A DNA stretch of 64,000 bases from Eledone cirrhosa (lineage: Eukaryota). The notes below the pieces were generated by a model, which did no database searches, was not told where the DNA came from, and saw only the letters and a list, made by a program, of their open reading frames with translations. Shown piece by piece: positions 42,387-54,722 of the stretch. The stretch is taken from the NCBI GenBank assembly GCA_964016885.1, contig OZ024740.1, forward strand, positions 85,870,001-85,934,000, written 5' to 3'. The first letter of the stretch is position 1, and each line of letters starts with the position of its first letter. The translations under genes and the position numbers were made by a program.

Positions 42387-42560
42387 TCGAATAAGGTAGT
42401 TATTTAACCCATAAATGGAGCCCTAACAGGTACTACCACCCCGGGCCAGGACAGACCTGGGAGTCATGACAACTAAGGGGTAACTCCACATTCCCCACAT
42501 CTCCTGAACTCCCGAACTGGAGCCTTGCCACTGGATGTAGTTTAATGTCATACCCAGGAC
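39266..42560 (-). mobile_element. Full-length RTE/RTEX-clade LINE inserted in (TA)n
   Basis: A structured 5' leader, then a single APE+RT ORF with two frameshifts. Both ends abut (TA)n. Confidence 0.92.
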
Positions 42561-42575
42561 ATATATATATATATC

Positions 42576-44245
42576 AGAATAAAAATAGACCAAGAGATAA
42601 AATGTCCTCATCAGTAGTCTGCTGATTATCGTTGGTATTTCGACGCATTAAAGACTAGATACCTAAAATCAGTGCGAGCGATAACTCAATTAAGTTATCG
42701 GGACAGTGAGAAAACAGAGGGAAGGAAACAAACACATGGTAGTATGCAACGTAAAGAGAGGAAAATAGAGACAAGTCAATGAATCTTGTGGGCTTAAGTC
42801 CGACAAATAAAATTGACGAGGAGAAATAGACACGTCCGAGCCGCGAGAAGATTGAGAGAGGAAAGAAATTCAAGAAGGTCAGACGGGAGGAAGTGAGAGA
42901 GGGGGAGAAGCAGAGAGGGGGTGAGTGAACGTGTGAGGAAGGGGCCAGCCGAGAGTGAGTGACCAGCAACGGGAGATGAGGAAGGCAAGAGGTGAAGGAG
43001 AGAGAAAAGGTGATAGATAACTTAATTGAGTTATCGCTCGCACTGATTTTAGGTATCTAGTCTTTAATACGTCGAAATACCAACGGCAATCAGCTGACTA
43101 CTGATGAGGACATTTTATCTCTTGGTCTATTTTTATTCATATGTTCATGTTCGCAACAACGCCTCACGCCATTCTTCATTCACATATTTTTTCCCTTCAT
43201 GTGGTTCGTATTTTTTCTGTCCCTTTACTGCTATCACCTTTTCTCTCTCCTTCACCTCTTGCCTTCCTCAACCCCCGCTGCTGGTCACTCACTCTCGGCT
43301 GGCCCCTTCCTCACACTTTCACTCACTCCCTCTCTGCTTCTCCCCCTCTCTCACTTCCTCCCGTCTGACCTGCTTGAATTTCTTTCCCTCTCTCAATCTT
43401 CTCGCGGCTCGGACGTGTCTATTTCTCCTCGTCAATTTGATTTGTCGGACTTAAGCCCACAGGATTCGTTGACTTGTCTCTATTTTCCTCTCTTTACGTT
43501 GCATACTACCATGTGTTTGTTTCCTTCCCTCGGTTTCCCACTGTCACGATAACTTAATTGAGTTATCGCTGGCACTGATTTTAGGTATCTAGTCTTTAAT
43601 GCGTTGAAATACCAACGATAAACAGCAGACTACTGATGAGGACATTTTATCTCTTGGTCTATTTTTATTCATATGTTCATGTTCGCTCAACGAAGCACGC
43701 CATTCTTCATTCACATATTTTTTCCCCTCGCTGTGGTTCGTATTATTTTCTGTCACTTTACTGCTATTACCTTTTCTCTCTCCTTCACCTCTTGCCTTCC
43801 TCAACTCCCGCTGCTGGTCACTCACTCTCGGCTGGCCCCTTCCTCACACTTTCACTCACTCCTTCTCTGCTTCACCCCCTCTCTCACTTCCTCCCGTCTG
43901 ACCTGCATGAATTTCTTTCCCTCTCAATCTTCTCGCGGCTCGGACGTGTCTATTTCTCCTCGTCAATTTGATTTGTCGGACTTAAGCCAACAGGATCCAT
44001 TGACATGTCTCTATTTTCCTCTCTTTACGTTGCATACTACCATGTGTTTGTTTCCTTCTCTCTATTTTCCCACTGTCCCGATAACTTAATTGAGCTATCG
44101 CTGGGACTGATTTTAGGTATCTAGTCTTTAATGCGTCGAAATACCAACGATAATCAGCAGATCACTGATGAGGACATTTTATCTCTTGGTCTAATTTTAT
44201 TCATATATTCAATTTTGGAACAACGCATCACGCCATTCTTCATTC

Positions 44246-44247
<2 letters not shown>
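42576..44247 (+). mobile_element. ORF-less tandem repeat (532-bp unit, about 2.3 copies) with a 5' inverted copy of about 440 bp; retrozyme-like
   Basis: CTGATGA at 43101, 43633 and 44165 (period 532). 42576-43015 is an inverted partial unit. (TA)n flanks. Confidence 0.9.
43052..43114 (+). ncRNA. Candidate hammerhead with reversed strand order (also at 43584-43646, 44116-44178, and on the minus strand at about 42601-42663)
   Basis: Consensus GGTAT-C-TAGTCT-ttaatgc-GTC-GAA-ATACC-(13 nt)-AGACTA-CTGATGA-g-GAC. Confidence 0.6.
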
Positions 44248-44310
<63 letters not shown>

Positions 44311-44524
44311 ACATTCTTCAGGTTATCTAAAAGAAATTCTCTCCACTGGAGAGAACATTGGTTTCCAACGCAGAAGCAATAGCTATTTCAATGGAAATTA
44401 GACAACGTTAACTAGGTAATTTATGGATGCGTATATCCATATGTATACATACTTGCAGACCTATGTTTATTCCACGAAATTCATTTGGGGAATCTTGTAT
44501 GTATATATGGTGTATGTATGTTAT

Positions 44525-47500
44525 ATCTCTTTCTCTTAATTTCGAGTATATTATTTGACCGGCCACCTTCCTGGTGGCAAGGTTGTAAAAGAAAAGAAAT
44601 TGTCATCCCTTGAATCGCAAGAATGTTTTGCAAATTTTGAAGGTGCCAGCTATCGCACCCATTTGTAGACTATGAATTAGGGAGCTGCGCTTTTTGTCCG
44701 CAAATCCAAGTTCAGTCATACTTTGGTCCAAGCGGGTTGGTATATAACCCGTAGCTCCAATAATGATGGGTATGAAGCTAAAGGTGTATCTTGGATACTG
44801 GATTTGTAAACTCCTCATCAATGGTCCGTAGATGTCCTCCTTCTCCTGTATTTTTCTGACAACGTTTACATCAAGTGGGCAGCTGATCTCCACAACAGAA
44901 CACGTTTTAATGTGTGGTCCCAAACAACAATATCAGGCCGGTTGTGCTTTAATTTGGTGGCAGTTTTTATTTTCAGGTTCCACCAGTATTCCTTAGTGCC
45001 ATCTGTCTCAATATATTCTTCCTCGTTTGTTGTTAATTTTGTTTTCCGAAGTGCGTTCCAGATGGTTCTAGCTATCCCATCGTGTCTCATGGGGAGGTAG
45101 TAGCGAGATGACATTCTTTCGCAGCTGGCAACAATGTGGCTTACATCCTCGATCTTTGTTTTACATAGCCTACATTTATTGTCAGCTGCTGGCCCTCCTC
45201 ATTGGTGCAGCAGATATTTGGTAGGGAGTTCTTGTTCCTGTATTGCATAGAGATATCCCTCAAGGTGTGATGTCATAAACTTGTCGGAACTCCATGCCAG
45301 GCTTTTTGAGTGGTTTATCCCCTCTATGGTCTGTGTTTTACGCCTCAAGTATCCATGCACAACTTTTTCTGTAAATTGGTCAATTTTTTTATCTTGTTTG
45401 AACATTGAATAGGATCTTCCGATTTCTCTGGGTGAGAGATTTATATCAGGCTTTATTCCATATCTCTCCTCCAGATCAGTCGCTATTCTAATGATATTTT
45501 TTTTTTCATGCTCATAAACCTGGGCAAGATGGTTGCCAACCTTTTTCCTCTGATGAATGTGTTGCTTCAGTGTTACTATCCGGGTTTCATATGTTATTAA
45601 TATTGATTTTAGACCCCGGCCACCTTCCTTGCGTGAGAAGTATAGCCTATCCACATCACCATTGATGTTAAAGTTCCCAGTAACATTGAGAAGTTTTCGA
45701 GTTCTAACATCCATCTCACTTAGTTCTTGCAATGACCAGTTCAGCAGGCCAAATGTTGGCGTTAGAATTGGCACAGCATAAGTATTGTGGGCAATGTATT
45801 TGTTGTATGCTGACAGTTCTGATGACCATATTTTCTTTACTCTTCTGAGGTATTCTGTTCTGGTTCTCTCCTTATTTATGGGTCCATCATATCTGACATT
45901 CTCATCCTGTCCAAGATATCTGTAGTTGTCACCTGACTGAAGAGGTTGTATTGTCAGGCCGTTCATCTCTAGATTTCTAGAGGAGAGCACAGCTCTTCCA
46001 CGTTTTACTGCCAAATATGCACACTTGAACTCACCAAATTTCATTTTGATGTCGGTTGAAAATTGTGTAATGAGGTCCAATTGTTTCTTGATGTCATTGA
46101 TATTTGGCCCATACAACTTCAAGTCATCAACAAAGAAAAGATGGGAGATACTTCTGGGCCCACTTCTTTGTCCACCTTGTTTCCTGAGTAGGTAAGATAG
46201 TGGATTCAGTGAGAGAACGAAGAGTAGCACTGACAAGCTATCACCCTGAAAGATGCCCTTCTGGTAATGTATCTTATCAGTCTTAACTTGCTCCTTCTCA
46301 CCTCTAAGGATCAAATTGGTGTACCAGTTCTTGGTCAGGCGTTCAACAGCAGCTACCAATGGTTGTGGGACTTTAGCTAACTGTAAAGCCTTAATAATCC
46401 ACCCATGAGGTACACTATCAAATGCTTTTTGATAGTCCAGCCACACCACAGTCATGTTTCTGCGATTATTTGTTGTTTTTTCCTGAATCATTTTGTTAGT
46501 TAGTAGGTGATCTATGCAACCCCACACCTCCCTCTTTCCACCAGCTTACTCAGGTGTTATGATGTTGTTGGTAGTACGGTGATCCTGTAAGAACAGGTTA
46601 AGGCACCCAGTATATAATTTATACATGATGTTTTGGCAGGCTATTGGGTGGTAATTTTTAGCAAGGGTGGTCTGGCTATTTTGGGGAATGAGGAGAGTAG
46701 TGGCAGTTGATAACCATCTGGGCAGTTCTTGTGTGCCTTTAATGGTTTCTGTAAACAGCCGTATGAGATCTTGCCGATAGAAAGTGAAATTCTTCAACCA
46801 GTATCCTTGTAATGAGGTCTGGGCCTGGCGATTTCCTATTCGACATTTTCTCTAGAGCTGTTTCCAGTATTGACCCATCTATGACATATTGTTTTATCTG
46901 GACATGTTGGCAGTAGTCCTGTTCCAGTTCTTTTAGCCAATTAGCTTGTCTGTTGAATCCGTCATCCGTTTCCCATACAGATCTCCAGTAGCTCTCAACA
47001 TGTTCTTTTGAAGGGGTGTCGTTTACAGGGATTGAGCTGTTGCCACCGAAGCTGCGATAAACTGATTTAGGATCTCTGGCAAACAATATATTTAGCACTT
47101 GTCGTTTATGTGCTGTTGACTTATATTTTAGTCTTTCTGTTGTAGTTGTGAGTTGTTGTTTCAACTGGTGTAATTTGGAGTTCAAAGTTTTATATTTTGT
47201 ATCTCCAAATCGTCTCTCTAACTTTTTCTTTAGGTCTTCCTGGTGTCGTGTGAAGTTGCTCTCTATGTTGCATTTCATAACTACTGCGATGTGTGAGATA
47301 CTTCGTCTTAGGGACAACATTTTGGATTTTAAATTTCGCATCCACGCTGGTTCAGGCTTTCTGTTTGTATCTTGATTGCGTGGTTTTAGATGTGTGTTAT
47401 ATGATAGCAATGTGACAGCTGAAACATATAACAAAATATTAAGCGTTTCAAATGTCGTTTCTACACCTTTAGATCGTATAGCCTTCAGATAATTGCCAGC

Positions 47501-48747
47501 TATTTCATTCACCGCTTCCAATTCCAATTTAGTGGGTTCTTTACTGATTCTGGTGTTGTATGGTCTGTCACTCACATTAAGGCTGTGTATCTCTTGAAAC
47601 ATATCGTTCCATGTCACTTTTAGGGTGTCCACAAGTTTTTGGTGCTCTGTTTGTTCAGTAGAGTCATGAATTTCAGCCTCGTTGTTGATGTGGTGACAAT
47701 TACTACTAGAGTCAGCTGACCTTTCTCGCTGTTCTTCAGTGGAAGTGGGATGGATTTCAGCAAAATTGTTGGTGAGCTGTTCACTGTTAGATTTAGCTGG
47801 CCATTCTCTTTGTCTGTCAGTGGAGGTGGGGTGGTTGTCTACAAGGGCTGTATTTGTAGTATCACTCAATTCCGTTAGATGTATCAATTTACATCTAATG
47901 ATACGTTTTGCCTGTTCATTTAAATGCTTTGGAGAAAAGTCTAATTCTGGGTGTTTGGAGTTCCATAAAGTTTTTAGCCTTTGCATAAAACCGAACTTTT
48001 GGGGTTCAGATTGTTTGTATGCTTCATATAATACTTTGTTAAGCTCGTAGCTCCACTGTATACAGCGGTTGTAGTTGCGATTTGGTCGAAGGAGACTTGT
48101 ACTTTTTGCCATGATGAGTTCGTCTATTCACTAATATTTCGTATTTATTTTTCAAAATAGTCGATGATCTTCTTTAAAAGTTTCGACAAAGTTCTGTCAG
48201 AATCAAATTTAAAGTTATTCACAGCTTGGGTAATATTTCTTTTCAGTTAGTTTTTAATTCTACAACTGTGTTTTAAACGTTGTTCCGGAATCGTTTGAAT
48301 CGAGAACAAAAAGATCCGTTACTCAGTATATTTCTTTATGAATGTAACATAATATAACAACGCTGTATTTATATGTTAAAGTTTATGTATCATTCATATA
48401 AATAAGTGTTCTACAACTTATTCACAACATATTCACAGTTCAAACACTTATATTTTTGTTTCTGAATCGAAAACGTTACTTTTATATTCCTTTATAAATG
48501 TAATATAACAACGTTGCATTTATATGTTAAAGTGTATGTATCGTTCATATATCATAAGTGTATGTATCGTTCATATAAATAGGTGTTTTACAACACACTT
48601 ACAGTTCAAACACTTATGTAGAATTATTGTATGTAATCTTACTGCGTAATGTAGCTCAACTTTTTCCAATATATGGTATGTTGCCTTCATGTAAGCCGTA
48701 ATTACACACGTCCGATTATCGGACACTGACCACAACGGTCGCCATTT
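44525..48747 (-). mobile_element. Near full-length R4/Dong-type LINE (RT plus REL endonuclease) in (CATA)n
   Basis: 5' UTR of about 630 bp, a broken ORF 48112-44603 and a short 3' UTR ending in catacatac. Confidence 0.92.
44603..48112 (-). pseudogene. RT-REL polyprotein, disrupted
   Basis: KSPGPD, YHPIAC, WLDYQKAFDSVPH, GIFQGDSLS, FVDDLKLY, YRYLG, CRLC, RHD, RPDIVVWD, EISCP. Confidence 0.94.
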
Positions 48748-48854
48748 ATGTATGTATGTATGTATGTATGTATGTATGTATGTATGTATGTATGTATGTA
48801 TGTATGTATGTATAAATGTATGTGTGTTTTGGTTGTATTACATTATAAATGGCC

Positions 48855-49070
48855 GTGGATTGGTAGAAATGCTACAGCATTAGACAGCATGTTGTTCGGC
48901 AGAGTGGTGTGGTTCTTTACATTCTCAGTTCAGATCCAGCTGTGTTAGCTTTGCTTCTAATCCTTACGGAGTTGATAAAATAAAATACCAGTAGTGCAGT
49001 GGGGTCGATTTAATCGATTCTCCCCTTCCCTGATATTGTTGCCCTTGTGCCTAAATCAGAAACCATTATT
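48855..49070 (+). mobile_element. SINE copy, same family as the 37.6-38.4 kb array
   Basis: gttgataaaataaaataccagt...ggggtcgatttaatcga...ccttgtgcctaaatcagaaaccattatt. Confidence 0.7.
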
Positions 49071-49171
49071 TTATAAATTTATACCATTAGAGAGAGAGAG
49101 AGAGAGAGAGGGAGAGAGGGGGAGAGGGGGGGGGCGGTTTCTAATATAGAAACAATTTAGCTCTCTCTCTC

Positions 49172-49237
<66 letters not shown>

Positions 49238-49361
49238 GTCTGTATGTCTCTCTTTCTCTCTCTGTTTGTCTGTCTCTCTCTCTTTTTCTCTCTCTGTATA
49301 TAGGTCATAGACACCCACACATATATATATATATATATATATACACATGCACATATATATG

Positions 49362-49412
<51 letters not shown>

Positions 49413-49566
49413 ACACACACACACACACATATATGGGCTTTCCAATTTCATTTTACATTATATACACGTCTGTGTATATTTTAATTATTTAAAAATTATA
49501 AAGTGAACATGATTTTAAAAAGAATAGTTTTAAGTGAACATGATCCAACGGGTCACGGATGGTCTA

Positions 49567-49636
<70 letters not shown>

Positions 49637-50010
49637 AGTGTCTATGGTGCGAGGACCGAGAAAATCATAAATCAGGTATTAGATATCTCCTCTGGTTTTT
49701 ATCAGAACACAAACGAACAGAGTGAATATGAAAGGGAAAGAAAACTGTTTGCCCCAAAAGTCCTGTATATTATACAAAGTAAACAAAGAACCCAACTTTT
49801 TAATGCATACTTATATTCATACATGCATGCATACATTCATTCATACATACATACATATATTTATACATACATGCATTTATATATACATACATTCATATAT
49901 ACATATGTTTACACATACATATATTTATTCATACATACATACATATGTACATAGGTAGGTACGTACGTACATATGTACATAAAAACATACATACATACAT
50001 ACATACATAC

Positions 50011-52417
50011 AAAAAAACAACAACAAAGAATCGCAGAAACATGACGGTGGTGTGGCTGGACTATCAAAAAGCATTTGATAGTGTACCTCATGGGTGGATT
50101 ATTAAGGCTTTACAGTTAGCTAAAGTCCCACAACCATTGGTAGCTGCTGTTGAACGCCCGACCAAGAACTGGTACACCAATTTGATCCTTAGAGGTCAGA
50201 AGGAGCAAGTTAAGACTGATAAGATACATTACCAGAAGGGCATCTTTCAGGGTAATAGCTTGTCAGTGCTACTCTTCGTTCTCTCACTGAATCCACTATC
50301 TTACCTACTCAGGAAACAAGGTGGACAAAGAAGTGGGCCCAGAAGTATCACCCATCTTTTCTTTGTTGATGACCTGAAGTTGTATGGGCCAAATATCAAT
50401 GACATCGAGAAACAATTGGACCTCATTACACAATTTTCAACCAACATCAAAATGAAATTTGGTGAGTTCAAGTGTGCATATTTGGCAGTAAAACGTGGAA
50501 GAGCTGTGCCCTCCTCTAGAAATCTAGAGATGAACGGCCTGACAATACAACCTCTGCAGTCAGGTGACAACTACAGATATCTTGGACAGGATGAGAATGT
50601 CAGATATGATGGACCCATAAATAAGGAGAGAACCAGAACTGAATACCCCAGAAGAGTAAAGAAAATATGGTCATCAGAACTGTCAGCGTACAACAAATAC
50701 ATTGCCCACAATAGTACCTAACGCCAACATTTGGCCTGCTGAACTGGTCATTGAAGAACTAAGTGAGATGGATGTTAGAACTCGAAAACTTCTCAGTGTT
50801 ACTGGCAACTTTAACATCAATGGTGATGTGGATAGGCTATACTTCTCACGCAAGGAAGGTGGCCGGGGTCTAAAATCAATATTACCAACATATGAGACCC
50901 GGATAGTAACACTGAAGCAACACCTTCAACAGAGGAAAAAGGTTGGCAACCATCTTGCCCAGGTTTATGAGCATGAAAAAGAAATATCATTAGAATAGCG
51001 ACTGATGTGGAGGAGAGATATGGAATAAAGCTTGATATAAATCTCTCACCCAGAGAAATCGGAAGATCCTATTCAATGTTCAAACAAGATAAAAAAATTG
51101 ACCAATTTACAGAAAAAGTTGTGCATGGATACTTGAGACGTAAAACACACACCATAGAGGGGATAAACCACTCAAAAAGCCTGGCATGGAGTTCCGACAA
51201 GTTTATGACATCACACCTTGAGGGATATCTCTATGCAATACAGGAACAAGAACTCCCTACTAAATATCTGCTGCACAAAAGAGGAGGGCCAGCAGCTGAC
51301 AATAAATGTAGGCTATGTAAAACAAAGATCGAGGATGTAAACCACGTTGTTCCCAGCTGCGAAAGAATGTCATCTCGCTACTACCTCCCCATGAGACACC
51401 ATGGGATAGCTAGAACCATCTGGAACGCACTTCGGAAAACAAAATTAACAACAAACGAGGAAGAATATATTGAGACAGATGGCACTAAGGAATACTGGTG
51501 GAACCTGAAAATAAAAACTGCCACCAAATTAAAGCACAACCGGCCTGATATTGTTGTTTGGGACCACACATTGAAAACATGTTCTGTTGTGGAGATCAGC
51601 TGCCCACTTGATGTAAACGTTGTCAGAAAAATACAGGAGAAGGAGGACATCTACGGACCATTGATGAGGAGTTTACAAATCCAGTATCCAAGATACACAT
51701 TTAGTTTCATACCCATCATTATTGGAGCTACGGGTTATATACCAACCCGCTTGGCCCAAAGTATGACTGAACTTGGATTTGCGGACAAAAAGCGCAGCTC
51801 CCTAATTCATAGTCTACAAATGGCTGCGATAGCTGGCACCTTCAAAATTGCAAAACATTCTTGCGATTCAAGGGATGACAATTTCCTTTCTTTTACAACA
51901 TTGCCACCAGGAAGGTGGCCGGTCAAAAAAAAATGTACTCGAAATTAAGAGAAAGAGATAAACATACATACATACATACATACTGGAAACAGCTCTAGAG
52001 AAAATGTCGAATAGGAAATCGCCAGACCCAGACCTCATTACAAGGATACTGGTTGAAGAATTTCACTTTCTATCGGCAAGATCTCATACGGCTGTTTACA
52101 GAAACCATTAAAGGCACACAAGAACTGCCCAGATGGTTATCAACTGCAACTACTCTCCTCATTCCCCAAAATAGCCAGACCACCCTTGCTAAAAATTACC
52201 ACCGAATAGCCTGCCAAAACGTCATGTATAACTTATATACTGGGTGCCTTAACCTGTTCTTACAGGATCACCGTACTACCAACAACATCATAACACCTGA
52301 GTAAGCTGGTGGAAAGAGGGAGGTGTGGGGTTGCATAGATCACCTACTAACTAACAAAATGATTCAGGAAGGTGGCCGGTCAAAAAAAATATACTCGAAA
52401 TTAAGAGAAAGAGATAA
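50011..52417 (+). mobile_element. Rearranged second copy of the R4/Dong-type LINE (downstream block + tail, then upstream block + short tail)
   Basis: 50011-51962 matches about 46480-44525 in reverse. 51980-52370 matches about 46870-46480 in reverse. 52371-52417 repeats the 3' tail. Confidence 0.9.
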
Positions 52418-52875
52418 CATACATACATACATACATACGCATATATATATAGAAGTGATTTTTCTCTGGTTGATTTACTATCGGTTTGTTTCTCTGCCCT
52501 ACACCTGCTCTTTCATATTCCAATTGGTATATTTTCTAAATCAATACCAACCAATTAATCCCTGCATGCATCCATCCATTTTTCTTGCATGTCTATCTAC
52601 CTATTAATCTGTCTGTCCATCTGTCTTTCTACCTACCCACGTTCCTGTGTAATATCTATATATCTATCTATCTTGATAGAGTAAGACACGCTTCACATCG
52701 GCTCCGCTATTCCATCGGGATTTACCCTTACTATAGTAAGTACCGGATAAATTTTCCAGTGCAACACATTTGGAACACTAACCCCTGTTATTTAGGGAAA
52801 CATTTTTGCATTTACCCCCTTTTTAGGGGGTAAAATAAATATCTATTTTTGCCGAAAAATTTCTTTCTTGGCAGC

Positions 52876-54717
52876 ATGGCGGAAAAGATGGCAGACATGT
52901 CTGCCATTAGCTGTGCCACGCCCCCCAAGTCTGAAGAACAAAAAATAATTACAACAAAATTAGACAACGAAACAAACAAGGAAAATGAAAAAACAAATGT
53001 TAAGGAAAATGAGCAAACGGAAAACAAACAAACAGAAAATAATACAAATAACAACAGGGCAACTTTCGCCCAGAAAACAAAACAATCCATAACATACACA
53101 CCAATTGACTTAACTGCCGCCAGAGAAAAACTGGCCGAAGCGAAAAAACAAATAGTCTTGGGGGAGAACGGAATGTTTTCCATTAACTCCCCCCCCCCCC
53201 AGAATTCAAGAAAGCCAGAACAGAGAGCACAGTTCTCTTCAGAACTATACTGAACCAGACAAGAAAGCCAGCACAGCCCAGCCAAATGGAAATAGAGTTG
53301 GTCCTAAAAGACTATATGAAGAATATTCTCTTCATACGAAAGGACCGACTCTATGGCAGCATTTCGGTCCTAACAAAAGATAAGGAAACGGCGGAGAAGC
53401 TTTCCCTAAGCCCACTCTCATCGACAACATACAGCTTCTATCCCTCCTACATGGGTAGAAGAACACAGAGAGTAAAAGTAAAAACAATGCTGCCCACAAT
53501 GGACTTCTGGTGGGCTATTGCTGGCTTCATAGACATGGGCGAAGACACAATGCTGTCAATGGGGAAGGCAACTGGAGATGCGTTCCTGGGAATGGGCCTC
53601 GACATACTAGTCCAAATGAGGCCCGAAAGAATAGCACAAATCCCGGATCGCATCTGGCTGGATGACCTTACCCCAATAGATATAATTGTAGAGGGGAGAA
53701 GACCAGCATGCTATTTATGCATGGAAAGGGGACACGTTAAGGCTAACTGCCCGAAACGTATCCCCCAAAAAGGACTATTGCCCACACCCACCACAAACAG
53801 TACACTAACATCACCCACCTCCAAAAATACACTAATACCACACACAGCAAACAAAATACAGACACCACCAACCACAAACACAACACAAACATCACCACCA
53901 CCAGCACCAAACACAAGCACGACACAAAAATCACCACCACCAACCACAACACAAACATCACCACCACCATCACCAACCACAAGCACGACACAAACATTAC
54001 CACCACCACCACCACCACAAAACCCATTCCAAACAAATAATTAAAAAAACAGTAACAAATCTACCCCTCCCGCAAAAAAAAACAACTACACAACACGTCC
54101 CTCCCACCTAGCGCTGAAGAGTTTCCCCCAACTTCTGAAGAAGAAGGAGGAGAAGCCTTCAGACAAGTTAAAAGAATAAAAAGAAAACACACACCCAGCA
54201 CACCACAAATAACCCACACACAAACACCAACTCCAATCAAAAACACCCCACCCTCAACAAACAAAAATAAATCTGCGCCTCCCCTCTCCGAAACATTGAC
54301 AGCATCACAAAAAAAGACGTTGCAATACACATATATAAATAAAGAAAACAAAAAACTGGTTAAATTAATAAACAATAACCCTATGGTGCAGACCGAAGGG
54401 CCAAACTTTATCTCAACAGAGAACTTCACCCATTTAAAAATGATAAAGGTCCCTCTGGACCTTTATCGTTCCTTAAAAGAACAATTTAGACGGGACGTGA
54501 GCCCCCCTGTTTAAAACCGTTAAATCGCGTCCTCTTGAAAGATTTCCCCATAACCGCCCTTCTTCCTGACACAACTCCAAATACCCCAACCCCACCACAC
54601 ACGGGTACCCCCACACCACCACAAAACATCCCTCCACCCAACACACCTGATGCCATGGAAATTACACAACCCGGAGAGGTAGGTGCTTTTCTTTCTTCAC
54701 TTTCAACACCAAAATAG
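52876..54717 (+). pseudogene. Tx1-type ORF1 (Gag-like), disrupted, with Pro/Thr-rich low-complexity tail
   Basis: TFAQK, VEGRRPACYLCMERGHVKANCP; frameshift at the C-run near 53190. Confidence 0.8.
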
Positions 54718-54722
54718 ATCAA

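Noticed and set aside
43101-43160. Conventional type I reading of the 43-kb CTGATGA with downstream ATGTTC as stem II
   Set aside because: No GAAA or stem I partner follows, and this segment varies among the three copies while the upstream strands are conserved.
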